From Bacteroidia bacterium (lineage in GTDB: Bacteria; Bacteroidota; Bacteroidia; B-17B0; Aurantibacillaceae), in assembly GCA_018000995.1 (NCBI GenBank), contig JAGNIU010000007.1, forward strand, positions 1 through 64,000: 64,000 nt of DNA. The letters are read 5' to 3'. Of this stretch, positions 20,067-29,674 are shown piece after piece. The notes below the pieces were generated by a model, which had not been told where the DNA came from, ran no database searches, and saw nothing but the letters and a program-made list of their open reading frames with translations. Every line of letters starts with the position of its first letter. Position 1 is the first letter of the stretch. Position numbers and translations under genes: made by a program.

Positions 20067-21254
20067 ATGCAGGAGAAAGAAATAACCAAAGCTAAGTTCA
20101 AAGCACTTAAAACCTGCGTGCTTATTCCAACCTATAACAATGCCAAAACATTAGAGGCAGTTATATCTAAAACATTAGAATACTGTGATGAAGTAATTGT
20201 TGTGAATGATGGTTGTACAGATGAAACACCAAGTATAGTTTCAAAATTCAAATCCTTAATTGTAGTTACACATCCAAAAAATAAAGGTAAAGGAGTTGGT
20301 CTGCGTAACGGTTTTAAAAAAGCTGTTGAATTAGGCTTTGATTATGTTATTACTATTGATAGCGACGGACAACATTATCCTGAAGATTTTATTACGTTCT
20401 TAAATAAAATAGAGGAACAGCCGGGAAGTTTAATTATTGGCGCGCGTAATATGACGGTAGATAATGTTCCGGGTAAAAGTACATTCGGAAATAAGTTTAG
20501 TAATTTTTGGTTTTGGGTGGAGACGGGAATTAAATTACCTGATACGCAAAGTGGTTACCGTTTGTATCCTGTACAACGTTTAAAAAACATTTGGCTTTTT
20601 ACCACAAAATTTGAATTAGAGATCGAAGTGATTGTAAAAGCAGCGTGGCGTGGAATCCCTGTTATTTCTGTTCCTGTAAAAGTATATTACGCACCGCAAG
20701 GAGAAAGAGTAACGCATTTTCGTCCGGGAAAAGATTTTACACGCATTAGTTTTTTAAATACCTATTTAGTTTTACTCACCGCTTTATTTTGGAAACCGGT
20801 AATGTTGTTCCGTAGAATGACCGTCTCAAACTTTAAGAAACTTTGGAAGGAAGAGATTGTCGCGAAACATGAAAGCCCATTTGTAAAAGCAGCTTCTGTT
20901 GGATTAGGTTTCTTTTTTGGTATTGTTCCTATTTGGGGATTTCAATTTGCAACAGCTTTAATTGTAGCGCACTTATTAAAGTGGAATAAAGTTATAGTAG
21001 GATTAACAGCACAAATAAGTGTTCCGCCAATGATTCCGTTTATTTTGTATGGCAGTGTAAAAACAGGCGAATGGGTTTTGAATGAAGAAGTACATTTGAA
21101 TTTCAGTAAAATGTTAAGTATAGAAACATTAAATAATATTTATGTTTACTCTGTTGGGGCTTGTGTGTTATCAGTTGTTATGGCACTGGCGGGATTTGTT
21201 TTTACATACCTCTCCTTAAAAATATTCAGATATAAAGCTACAGGCACTGAATAA
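20067..21254 (+). CDS. family 2 glycosyltransferase fused to DUF2062 membrane domain
   Basis: 395 aa; GT2 N-terminus (VLIPTYNNAKTLE..VVNDGCTDET..DSDGQH) and C-terminal TM region. Confidence 0.75.
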   Translation: MQEKEITKAKFKALKTCVLIPTYNNAKTLEAVISKTLEYCDEVIVVNDGCTDETPSIVSKFKSLIVVTHPKNKGKGVGLRNGFKKAVELGFDYVITIDSDGQHYPEDFITFLNKIEEQPGSLIIGARNMTVDNVPGKSTFGNKFSNFWFWVETGIKLPDTQSGYRLYPVQRLKNIWLFTTKFELEIEVIVKAAWRGIPVISVPVKVYYAPQGERVTHFRPGKDFTRISFLNTYLVLLTALFWKPVMLFRRMTVSNFKKLWKEEIVAKHESPFVKAASVGLGFFFGIVPIWGFQFATALIVAHLLKWNKVIVGLTAQISVPPMIPFILYGSVKTGEWVLNEEVHLNFSKMLSIETLNNIYVYSVGACVLSVVMALAGFVFTYLSLKIFRYKATGTE

Positions 21255-21841
21255 TGGACTTACGTTATTTCGTCATATACAAACCTTACAAAATGGTATC
21301 TCAATTTGTGAGTTCTCATAAATTACGTTTGTTGTGTGATTTAGAATATGATTTCCCCGAAGGAACTAATGCTGTTGGTCGTTTAGATAACGACAGTGAA
21401 GGATTATTGATTTTAACTACCGATAAAAGTTTAGTAGGAAAATTAATGCATCCGGATAAAAAAAGAAGTAAGCGTTATGTGGTGCAGGTAGAGAAAGTAA
21501 TCACGGAAGAGAAATTAAATATTTTGCGAAACGGAATGGATATTTTAGTGAAAGGTAAAGGAACTTATCACACCAAAGAATGCGAAGTAAACATTATTGA
21601 AAAACCAAGTTATTTACCGGAGCGCGGACATACATTTAGAGAAAACTTGCCTCAAAGTTGGTTGGAGTTTGTTTTAAAGGAAGGTAAGAACCGTCAAATT
21701 CGTAAAATGTGTTCAGGTGTTAGGCACGATTGTAAACGCTTAATAAGAACGCATATTGAAGATTTGGATATTATTGGTTTTAAAGCCGGAGAAGTAAGAG
21801 AAATGGGACAGGAAGAATTATTTAAGAAATTAAATCTCTGA
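21254..21841 (+). CDS. RNA pseudouridine synthase (RsuA/RluE-like, no S4 domain)
   Basis: 195 aa; YFVIYKPYKMVSQF..VGRLDNDSEGLLILTTD..GKNRQIRKM catalytic-core motifs. Confidence 0.7.
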   Translation: MDLRYFVIYKPYKMVSQFVSSHKLRLLCDLEYDFPEGTNAVGRLDNDSEGLLILTTDKSLVGKLMHPDKKRSKRYVVQVEKVITEEKLNILRNGMDILVKGKGTYHTKECEVNIIEKPSYLPERGHTFRENLPQSWLEFVLKEGKNRQIRKMCSGVRHDCKRLIRTHIEDLDIIGFKAGEVREMGQEELFKKLNL

Positions 21842-21845
21842 TAAT

Positions 21846-22394
21846 TTATTTTTTATAAGGATAATTCCTGTTTTTAGGAATATTATTCACTATCATAGCT
21901 ATCACAAATAAAATCGCCACACCTGTCATTACCGGTGAAAGGATATAAGTGAATCCTAAATTTTTAATTTTTTCAGAACCAATATTAGCAATTAAAGCGG
22001 TTGCCCCACCGGGAGGATGCATCGTTTTTGTGATTTGCATCGCAACAATAGAAAGTGAAACAGAAAGAGCAGAAGACAGCCACAACATATCAGGAATCAT
22101 TTTATAAATACAAACTCCAATTATTGCCGAAATTAAATGCCCGCCAATTAAATTGCGAGGTTGTGCCAGCGGACTATTAGTCGCCCCAAATATTAAAACA
22201 GCGGTGGCGCCAAAAGAACCAATTAAGAAAATATTATCGTACTCGGTAAATTGTTTGCTTTGAATAAAACCTATGGCAGCAATTCCTAAAAAGGCACCTA
22301 TAAAAGTCCAGAGATGATCTAGTGGCTCAAGAAGCGTTTCTTTGTACACAACATATTTAGCAAGGCGGTAAGTCCGCTTAATTTTTTGCTTCAT
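21846..22394 (-). CDS. HPP family membrane protein
   Basis: 182 aa; 4 TM; MHPPGGATALIA motif. Confidence 0.75.
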   Translation of the reverse strand: MKQKIKRTYRLAKYVVYKETLLEPLDHLWTFIGAFLGIAAIGFIQSKQFTEYDNIFLIGSFGATAVLIFGATNSPLAQPRNLIGGHLISAIIGVCIYKMIPDMLWLSSALSVSLSIVAMQITKTMHPPGGATALIANIGSEKIKNLGFTYILSPVMTGVAILFVIAMIVNNIPKNRNYPYKK

Positions 22395-22412
22395 GTTGTA
22401 AAGGTACAGATT

Positions 22413-23165
22413 TTACTTTAGTCGTTTCACTTCTATCATCCAATCCCATGGATAAGGTTTTCCTAATCCTTTTGGTGGCGATGCAAATTCAGAATCCCAT
22501 CCAAATTCAATTTTCTTAATCGCCTCGATTGAGAAATTAGCGTTGTTAAATAAAGTATAAAGTTCTTGCAATAAATAATGTTTTGTGGGGTGACCATCAA
22601 TTGCCACAATTCCGTTTTGTACCCAATCTAAACTAAAATGTTTTGGATTGAGTTCGTCTTTCGGAATTTTATTAATCTTAACGCCATCTTTTTTATACAT
22701 TTTCAATAACTGCATAAATGCTAAAGAAGCAGATTCGTAAGAAGGAATAACAATAACAGCAGCACCGCCTTTTTTTAAACCACTTACTACAGTATTTAAA
22801 ATGGCGTAATTCTTTTTGTTATCATCACAAATAGCAACATTACAACAATAGGCAAAATCTACTTTAGGAATACTTTGCGGTTTGGTCAGGTCGCCTTGTT
22901 TTAAGGTAACGTTCTTTAATTTTAATTTAGCGGCTTGGTCTAATAACTTTTGCGAGATATCAATGCCAATCACGCTTTTAAAATTAGGAGCTAAAAAGGG
23001 TAGAGCATAACCGATACCGCAACCGAAATCAACAGCCGTTTTATTTTTACCAATATGTTTAGCAATGTGTTTTTTTACGACACCTTTTTTATCGGAATGC
23101 AATACGCTAAAAATTTCTTTATCGTAATTATAACCTACGGTATCCCAAACTATTTTCTCGTTCAT
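22413..23165 (-). CDS. class I SAM-dependent methyltransferase
   Basis: 250 aa; motif I VDFGCGIGY. Confidence 0.65.
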   Translation of the reverse strand: MNEKIVWDTVGYNYDKEIFSVLHSDKKGVVKKHIAKHIGKNKTAVDFGCGIGYALPFLAPNFKSVIGIDISQKLLDQAAKLKLKNVTLKQGDLTKPQSIPKVDFAYCCNVAICDDNKKNYAILNTVVSGLKKGGAAVIVIPSYESASLAFMQLLKMYKKDGVKINKIPKDELNPKHFSLDWVQNGIVAIDGHPTKHYLLQELYTLFNNANFSIEAIKKIEFGWDSEFASPPKGLGKPYPWDWMIEVKRLK

Positions 23166-23212
23166 AAAATATTATTGTTTTACTAAGGTAATAAAGTAAA
23201 TGAATTATGCAA

Positions 23213-23396
23213 AGGGAGAGAGGAGTTGAGTTTTAAACCTTCTGCAATCTAACCCCTCTAACATCCGCCTTTGGCGGATTAGGCTTTCTCCCCTTAAAAA
23301 AGGGGAGAAGTTTTTTTTGGAGTACGAATAAAATTCTCCCCCTTTTTTAAGGGGGAGTACCCGCAGGGGGAGGGGGTTAGTTTTTGAACTCAACCT
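23213..23396. repeat. GC-rich nested palindromic intergenic element (about 185 bp) with C5TT..AAG5 hairpins
   Basis: Outer imperfect IR ggagttgagtttt / aaaactcaacc; inner hairpins atccgcctttggcggat, ctccccttaaaaaaggggag, ctcccccttttttaagggggag; overlaps last codons and stop of GNAT gene. Confidence 0.65.
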
Positions 23397-23904
23397 TCTT
23401 TATCTGATAAATAAAGTTCAGATTAGAGTCCTCACCAAAATATTCTATTTCCTCTTCTGCAATTTTAACAGCACCAATTTTTTCAATAGCTCTTTGTGAA
23501 CGGATATTTTTTGCGCCAATATGAAATATCACATTATCTACAAACTGAAAAGCATATTGCATCATCAAGTGCTTACAACTTGGATTATATTTACCGCCCC
23601 AATGCGAGCGGGCGTAAAATGTATAACCAATAGCCACTGTACTTTTTTCTAAATCCCAATCATAAAAACGGGAACTGCCTATTGGCTCGTTGGTTTTTGC
23701 ATCGTAAATTAAAAATGCACCTTTGCTTTCTATCGCACCTTTAAAAAAGTTTTGAAATACTTCGCGTTGCCAGCGATTTTTGTTGGGATGTTGTTCCCAA
23801 ATTAATGGGTCGCTTGCTACTTTGTACAAAATTTCAAAATCAGTTTCTTTTAAAGGAACCAGTTTTACAAATTCATTTTCAAGTGTAGGTTGAATATTTT
23901 CCAA
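23377..23904 (-). CDS. GNAT family N-acetyltransferase (RimJ/RimL-like)
   Basis: 175 aa; acetyl-CoA binding region (IGAKNIRSQRAIEKIGA). Confidence 0.7.
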   Translation of the reverse strand: MENIQPTLENEFVKLVPLKETDFEILYKVASDPLIWEQHPNKNRWQREVFQNFFKGAIESKGAFLIYDAKTNEPIGSSRFYDWDLEKSTVAIGYTFYARSHWGGKYNPSCKHLMMQYAFQFVDNVIFHIGAKNIRSQRAIEKIGAVKIAEEEIEYFGEDSNLNFIYQIKKVEFKN

Positions 23905-23906
23905 TC

Positions 23907-24383
23907 TTATTTTTTCTTAATAGGTATCCAAATCTCTTCTTCAGAATCAGGATCGTTGTTTTTGTAGTTGGGGCCTAATATTTCAAAATGCGGACGGTTA
24001 TCTAAAGTGTATTCTGATTTTGGCAACCATTCTGAAAAAATATAATTAAAAATGCTTGAATCAGTATTTAAACCTTTGTAATGGAATACTGCATACAAAC
24101 CTTCGGGCAAATTAAATATTTCCATACCCTCAGGAATAGAATTGGAATCACTCACTTCCAATAATGCCCATTTTTCAAATTCGTTATTGGGATTAAAAGC
24201 TTTAAAATAATTGGCATCATAAGTTTGTAAAGAAAATAGATCACTGCCAATTACATTCTTAATTTCATTTCGTCTAAGCATAAAACTTTTCCATAGCTCG
24301 CCTGTTTTGTTATTGGCTAAGCTCATGGTAATGCGGTTACCAATTAAAGTTTTTGAAGAAAGTGATTTTATTTCAGGCTGCAT
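23907..24383 (-). CDS. GyrI-like small-molecule-binding domain protein
   Basis: 158 aa; fold pattern of AraC-effector/GyrI-like proteins; 3-bp gap to GNAT gene. Confidence 0.5.
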   Translation of the reverse strand: MQPEIKSLSSKTLIGNRITMSLANNKTGELWKSFMLRRNEIKNVIGSDLFSLQTYDANYFKAFNPNNEFEKWALLEVSDSNSIPEGMEIFNLPEGLYAVFHYKGLNTDSSIFNYIFSEWLPKSEYTLDNRPHFEILGPNYKNNDPDSEEEIWIPIKKK

Positions 24384-24417
24384 ACATTTGATTTAAATCA
24401 ATTCAAATGTAATAATT

Positions 24418-24606
24418 TTATTTTTTTCCCTTTGATTTGCCTTTTGTATGTCCGGGATTAGTAGTTGCAGGGTGATGAGGGTTATTCCTGTTTTTAGTCC
24501 AGCCTTTACGTTGTCCATTGTCTGTTCTAACAACTAAACAAGAGGTTTGGCTAAGCATAAGTGCTGCGGTAATGGTAATGCCTAGTATGGCTTTAAGTGC
24601 TTTCAT
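24418..24606 (-). CDS. small basic His/Pro-rich lipoprotein (hypothetical)
   Basis: 62 aa; lipoprotein signal (LMLSQTSC); short, so low confidence. Confidence 0.35.
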   Translation of the reverse strand: MKALKAILGITITAALMLSQTSCLVVRTDNGQRKGWTKNRNNPHHPATTNPGHTKGKSKGKK

Positions 24607-24760
24607 TAAAATGTTTTAGGTAATGTAAATGTGACTTAATTAAATGTAAGCAAAAGGAAGCACAACTCGGACTAATATAGACCGGGGGCATGAAAGGCTC
24701 GATGTAATTGTGTAAGTAAATAGAGTTTTTAGAGCTTTAAGACGAATAACCTATTATCAG

Positions 24761-25099
24761 TTATTTCAAAAATTCGCCATCTACAATTAATAGTCTAACA
24801 CCATTCTCTGAATAAGAACGATGAGAACTTAAATTATCAGATACCACATAACTTTCGCCTTTGTGGAGTTTTTGTTTCTCTCCGGTTTTTAATTCGGTAA
24901 TGAAATCTCCTTCTAAACAATGCACCACGTGACCTTTCTCACACCAATGGTCGGCTAAGTAACCTGCGCCATATTCTACAATACGAATTCTTAAACCGCC
25001 TAATTGAACGGTTTGCCAAGTGGAAGTTCCTGTTTCTCCTTTGTGTTCTGTTTTTTCGATGCTTGACCAGTCGATGGTTGTGAAGGGGATAGTTTTCAT
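24761..25099 (-). CDS. DHCW-motif cupin fold protein
   Basis: 112 aa; contains literal DHWCEKGHVVHC motif of the DHCW cupin family. Confidence 0.65.
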   Translation of the reverse strand: MKTIPFTTIDWSSIEKTEHKGETGTSTWQTVQLGGLRIRIVEYGAGYLADHWCEKGHVVHCLEGDFITELKTGEKQKLHKGESYVVSDNLSSHRSYSENGVRLLIVDGEFLK

Positions 25100-25111
25100 T
25101 GTAAATTTATT

Positions 25112-26071
25112 TTAGCAATAGCGTGCGTTATAAATGAACCAGATATTTAATACAAGATAAATAATTATTAGCAGATTGGAAGCGATTTTATCAAAACGCT
25201 GCATTTCTTCCACTTTATTTTTTTTAAGGAGTGATAAAGAAAATGCAGAACAAATCACAATAGCGAGGATAAAAAGCAAGGCCAACCCGTGAAGTGTGTC
25301 CACTAAGGTAAATGTAGTTGACTCCGGCAAGGCAGAATCCACAACATACTTATTACCAATAACACCAAATAAGGAACCAATGCTTAAACCAAAACGCGAT
25401 TCAATGCTATCACGGTGAATGAAGAAACACAGGAACGATAAAAGAACAGAAATAAACATTCCAATAAATAATTTAAGAAATAGCCACCAGGAATCTCTTT
25501 CGATGCCAATCTGCATTTTAAAGGCGCTGAATTTAGATTGAGGTTTTGCTAAGTCTTCATCTCCAAAACCGGTTTCATATTTTTTTTCGTAAGTAGTAAT
25601 ATTAAAGCTATCCGTAATAACACGCCAACCGGAAAGTGTCCATTTAGAATAATGTTGACCAACAGTATCTTCAACAAAAACTAAAGCATCTGAATCGTAT
25701 TGGGAATTCTCTATAGTAAATCTTAGTTTCTGTTTATCGAATGGGAAGTTGTCGATTTTCCAGGAGTCGCGCATAACACATTGCAGTTTCATCATCATGT
25801 AAATTCTGCCATCATCTAAAGTATCAATGGTGTAAAAAGATTTATCCACTTCTTTCGCCATTGGCACTTCCAAAAATTTAGAGAAATCAAATTCAACATT
25901 CCTGTATTTTAACCAAAGCCAAAGGTTAATAGTGTATTGTTTCTCTCTGAAATCAATATCGTGAATGCTATTGATATAAACACCAACAGTAACGGTATCC
26001 GGATGTTTAGCTTCTTTAGAGAAAGAGGATTGAAAAACGAATAGGAGTAAAAGAGAAAGTAATTTCTTCAT
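25112..26071 (-). CDS. prokaryotic pentameric ligand-gated ion channel (Cys-loop receptor family) homolog
   Basis: 319 aa; signal peptide; about 200-aa beta-rich ectodomain with VTVGVYINSIHDIDFREKQYTINLWLWL and FPFDKQKL (Cys-loop-equivalent motif); pre-M1 Arg; four TM helices with M3-M4 loop; size matches GLIC/ELIC. Confidence 0.7.
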   Translation of the reverse strand: MKKLLSLLLLFVFQSSFSKEAKHPDTVTVGVYINSIHDIDFREKQYTINLWLWLKYRNVEFDFSKFLEVPMAKEVDKSFYTIDTLDDGRIYMMMKLQCVMRDSWKIDNFPFDKQKLRFTIENSQYDSDALVFVEDTVGQHYSKWTLSGWRVITDSFNITTYEKKYETGFGDEDLAKPQSKFSAFKMQIGIERDSWWLFLKLFIGMFISVLLSFLCFFIHRDSIESRFGLSIGSLFGVIGNKYVVDSALPESTTFTLVDTLHGLALLFILAIVICSAFSLSLLKKNKVEEMQRFDKIASNLLIIIYLVLNIWFIYNARYC

Positions 26072-26086
26072 TTTTCGGGAACGCGA

Positions 26087-26827
26087 TTATTTTGTTTTTA
26101 TATAAATGTGTTTGATGTTTCTATTGCCGGTTTCACGTTGATCAATTTCGAAACGGTTTGTGCTTTTTATAAGGGGTAATAGTTTTGTAAAACCATAATT
26201 CCTCGGATCAAAATCAGTTTTCTTTTTCAAGATAAAACTTCCTAATTCTCCTAAAAAGGTCCAGCCGCTTTCGTCTGCTAAATCTATTACGCTTTCTGTT
26301 AATAATCGTATCAAAGCTTCATCAACTCTGTTTAAAGGAGCGCTTTCTGTTTTTACTTTATTTGGTTTGCCCGATTCTTTTGTCGCAGATTTAGCAGATT
26401 TCAGAATTTCTATATAAACAAATTTATCACAAGCTTTAATAAATGGTGAAGGTGTTTTTTTCTCACCAATGCCAATCACTTTCATGCCGGCTTCTCTTAA
26501 TCGTGTAGCGAGCCTTGTAAAATCACTGTCGCTCGACACTATACAAAAACCATCAACTTTTTCTGAATATAAAATATCCATCGCGTCAATTATCAGTGCA
26601 CTATCGCTTGAGTTCTTTCCTGTGGTGTAGCTGTATTGTTGAATAGGAGTGATGGCGTTTTCAAGCAACACATTTTTCCATCCTGAAAGAGTAGGGCGGG
26701 TCCAATCGGCGTAAATTCTTTTTATAGTGGGGGTTCCGCTTATTGCAATCTCTTCTAACATTTCTTTAATGTGAGAATAGGGTACATTATCAGCGTCAAT
26801 TAAAACAGCAAGGCGTAGGTCGGTCAT
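26087..26827 (-). CDS. NYN-domain (LabA-like) protein with C-terminal OST-HTH/LOTUS domain
   Basis: 246 aa; NYN PIN-like core (LAVLIDADNV..DSALIIDAMD..IVSSDSDFTRLATRLREAGMKVIGIG); C-terminal about 80-aa helical OST-HTH-like region. Confidence 0.75.
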   Translation of the reverse strand: MTDLRLAVLIDADNVPYSHIKEMLEEIAISGTPTIKRIYADWTRPTLSGWKNVLLENAITPIQQYSYTTGKNSSDSALIIDAMDILYSEKVDGFCIVSSDSDFTRLATRLREAGMKVIGIGEKKTPSPFIKACDKFVYIEILKSAKSATKESGKPNKVKTESAPLNRVDEALIRLLTESVIDLADESGWTFLGELGSFILKKKTDFDPRNYGFTKLLPLIKSTNRFEIDQRETGNRNIKHIYIKTK

Positions 26828-26936
26828 TTTCTTTAAATTTATTTCAGTTTCTAATAAGATTTAGAAGGTGAAGTTTAAAGATACGTCTTAAAGAGGCGGA
26901 TTGCAAATGGGTGACAATAGTAATATTCTTTAAAAT

Positions 26937-27692
26937 TTACCCGCCATGTCGGCCACAGCGACCCGTGGTTGTCATAGCTCTGCATTGTTCTGAGTCTCTG
27001 GATGTGTGTGATCTTGCATGCGGAGGAATATAATCGTAAGCAGAACAACGTCTTTTTGGTTTGCCTGCATCTAATGAGTCTTGTATATGCTTTAACCAAC
27101 GCATCCGTATTTCAGCACGTTTAGCTTTCATTAAAAGGGAATCTTTATATGTATCAAATCCCACCGTGTCGCTTACCTTACCATTACACACATCCCTGAA
27201 ATACGAAAACTGCCAACTAAGATTGTTGTCAGAATTAATTCTGTACGATTGAAATTTTTCTTCACACGCAGGATCTCCACTTCTGTAATTTCCATCTTCA
27301 GTTATACAATCACACATACTTGGTCCGGGTGAAGAAGTAAATACTTTCATCGGGTCGGCATTCAAAAGTTTAAATTGTTGTTCGGCGCCGGGTAGACAAA
27401 ACCATTCGCTTTTTATAAATTCATCATAGCTTGTAGTAGATGGAATGTTTTTTTCTTGCTGACGATAACGATATAATGAATACAACCAATTGTCCCACAA
27501 AGAAACGGTATCAACAGCCTCTTTATTTTTAATGAGGAACAAACCTAATTCACGATTGTAGCTAATGGAGTAGGGACCGGGCGCGGAACTTAATAATAAA
27601 TCATCGGCTGAGGGTTGGCTACAGGATACTAATAAAACAGAAACAAGAATTGAAAACTGTTTCAGAAATTTTGTGAAGGGGATTTTGTTCAT
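26937..27692 (-). CDS. hypothetical Cys-rich secreted lipoprotein
   Basis: 251 aa; lipoprotein signal (LLVSCSQP); many Cys in C-terminal half; no recognisable family. Confidence 0.4.
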   Translation of the reverse strand: MNKIPFTKFLKQFSILVSVLLVSCSQPSADDLLLSSAPGPYSISYNRELGLFLIKNKEAVDTVSLWDNWLYSLYRYRQQEKNIPSTTSYDEFIKSEWFCLPGAEQQFKLLNADPMKVFTSSPGPSMCDCITEDGNYRSGDPACEEKFQSYRINSDNNLSWQFSYFRDVCNGKVSDTVGFDTYKDSLLMKAKRAEIRMRWLKHIQDSLDAGKPKRRCSAYDYIPPHARSHTSRDSEQCRAMTTTGRCGRHGG

Positions 27693-27781
27693 TTAATGTT
27701 TCTGGTTTAAGGTTTCGTGTTTCTGTTTTAAGAATTTTGCCTATGAATTAGAAGTATGAATTTATACTAGTTAACGGTTTG

Positions 27782-27888
27782 CGGCTTGGCGTTGTGCGGG
27801 TTTTCGGAGAAGAATTTGTCGGCAAGACAAATGCTTATTTGGAAACCTGCACTTCATTTTACTTGAATACCCGCATAACGCCAAGCCG
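27782..27888. repeat. GC-rich 20-bp inverted repeat (cggcttggcgttgtgcgggt / acccgcataacgccaagccg) with inner hairpin
   Basis: 20/21 complementary arms separated by about 67 bp containing atttgtcggcaagacaaat hairpin; lies just 3' of the OLD-like gene. Confidence 0.55.
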
Positions 27889-27901
27889 TTGTTATGCCCA
27901 G

Positions 27902-29674
27902 TTATTTAAATTTTACAATATCATCTGTCGTTATTCCTTGGTCTGAACTTAAAGAAACTTCAAAAGCTGGTAAAAAGTCTACAGAAGATTCAATAGTCAA
28001 TTTGAAAGTGCTTTTATTCCAATCTAATGTCTTTAAAGAAAATAATTGATCAATTTTTAACTCTTGATATTTTGAAATTTTCGACAATGCCTCTGTACTT
28101 GCTGGTCTTTCCTCTAAAATAATGGATTGAATTTTGGCCAACACTTTAATAATTTCACTTCGCATAAATTTCGTATTATCAAAAGTGTCAAATATTATAG
28201 ATTGAATAAAAGCTAATAGTGTGGCATATCGCTTCTCTACATCAGCTCTGTCCTCAGTTTTTAGCAATTCATATTCAATATCAAATAATTTAATTTTTTC
28301 CTTGTCATCATCAGGACTTACTGGTGTCGATTGATAAAATGTTTCTAAGGAACCTGTCGGAATAATAAAAAATCCAGCTTTAGACAATATGGATATGGAA
28401 AATGAAGTGGAATCAACAAGCAAATCAATTACGGGATCTAATTTCGAATTTTGCAGTATGGCTTTTGTTAAGGCAGGATATTTATTTATTAATTCTAAAG
28501 TTAAGCTTTTCGAATTATCTGTTTTCTTTTTAATTCTGTAAAGATGAGGATATATATTATTTCCCGAATCAGTTGTTTTAAAATGCGCATCATCTACTTT
28601 TATCAATTCTTCTAATAAATTCCCTAAATTATCTCTAATATTTTTGCTAACATAATCTTGAATATTTGTTGCTATTGCTGAAAGTTCTTTAATTACGATT
28701 GGATGATTATTAAATTTGTCTAATAATTTACTTTCAATTAAACAGTCTAAGTCGCCAATGTAAAACGAAGGTTTAGCAATTGCTTGACAGAGTAAATGTA
28801 GGGTTGAAAAGTCATCCTTTCCTCCAGTTTCTACAATACTAAAATCATTTCTACTGATGTCAATATCGCATTTTTCTAGGACTTTCTTAAAGATTACTTT
28901 GTCACGAAATCCCTCACAAAAAACTACACCTTTTGAATGAACTAATAGCCACTTTTCGGAGTCAAGTCTAAGCAAACTTTTCTCTAAGTGTATTTTTTGT
29001 CCAGGTGTTAAAGTTGTGAAATCAGGTTTTGTTCCACCTAACACTTGCGGGTCAGAAAAAAAAGTTGCTTGTTCTAATTCCTCAATCGACTCAGGGGCAA
29101 AGAATATCGGTGAATGAGTCGCCAACCAAAATTCAATATTTTTTTCTTTTATAAGTCGAAGCATTTCATTTTTTAAAAATCTTTGGGCTTCTGGATGTAA
29201 CGAAAGTTCTGGTTCGTCAATAAAATATTTTTTAGATAAGCCTGAATTGATAAATGTCAAAATTATTAGCAACTCTCTAAGACCAGAGCTTTCACCTTCA
29301 AAATCGTATCGAGGAATCGACACTGTCTCAAAAAAATCATTGTCAAGTCCAGACGTTACCTTAAAATTTTGTGTTCGTTCAATAATTTCTAAGGAAAAAT
29401 TACGGCCAAGCTTTCTCGATAATATTTGAAACACAGTATATCTCAGTTTTGCGTTGTCTCGCAATAACGACATTGCAACTTGGTCGGGATGGGTTTTACT
29501 ATATTGTAAAAATTGCGAAGTAAATTCTTTGGTTTGAGAATCATTAAACTGTTTAACGTTGTTTGTTCTTTGTTTCGGAACATAAAACCCTCTATTGTCT
29601 TCACAAAGCTTACTAAGGGCTCTTGTCTTTCCAGTTCCATTTGGTCCAACTAAATAATGGATGTTTTTTTTCAT
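27902..29674 (-). CDS. ABC-type ATPase fused to TOPRIM-like (OLD family / DUF4435-like) nuclease domain; candidate anti-phage defence protein
   Basis: 590 aa; Walker A GPNGTGKT, signature-like ESSGLRELL, Walker B YFIDEPELSLHP, H-loop LATHSP; then VVFCEGFRDK..VETGGKDDF..YIGDLDCLIESK (E..DxD TOPRIM-like); about 250-aa helical C-terminus. Confidence 0.6.
   Translation of the reverse strand: MKKNIHYLVGPNGTGKTRALSKLCEDNRGFYVPKQRTNNVKQFNDSQTKEFTSQFLQYSKTHPDQVAMSLLRDNAKLRYTVFQILSRKLGRNFSLEIIERTQNFKVTSGLDNDFFETVSIPRYDFEGESSGLRELLIILTFINSGLSKKYFIDEPELSLHPEAQRFLKNEMLRLIKEKNIEFWLATHSPIFFAPESIEELEQATFFSDPQVLGGTKPDFTTLTPGQKIHLEKSLLRLDSEKWLLVHSKGVVFCEGFRDKVIFKKVLEKCDIDISRNDFSIVETGGKDDFSTLHLLCQAIAKPSFYIGDLDCLIESKLLDKFNNHPIVIKELSAIATNIQDYVSKNIRDNLGNLLEELIKVDDAHFKTTDSGNNIYPHLYRIKKKTDNSKSLTLELINKYPALTKAILQNSKLDPVIDLLVDSTSFSISILSKAGFFIIPTGSLETFYQSTPVSPDDDKEKIKLFDIEYELLKTEDRADVEKRYATLLAFIQSIIFDTFDNTKFMRSEIIKVLAKIQSIILEERPASTEALSKISKYQELKIDQLFSLKTLDWNKSTFKLTIESSVDFLPAFEVSLSSDQGITTDDIVKFK

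Noticed and set aside
23205-23393. 62-aa minus-strand ORF
   Set aside because: It is entirely contained in the GC-rich nested palindrome; the reading frame is a by-product of G/C runs
26875-27099. 74-aa minus-strand ORF overlapping the 3' end of the Cys-rich lipoprotein gene
   Set aside because: Alternative frame of a longer ORF, with no features
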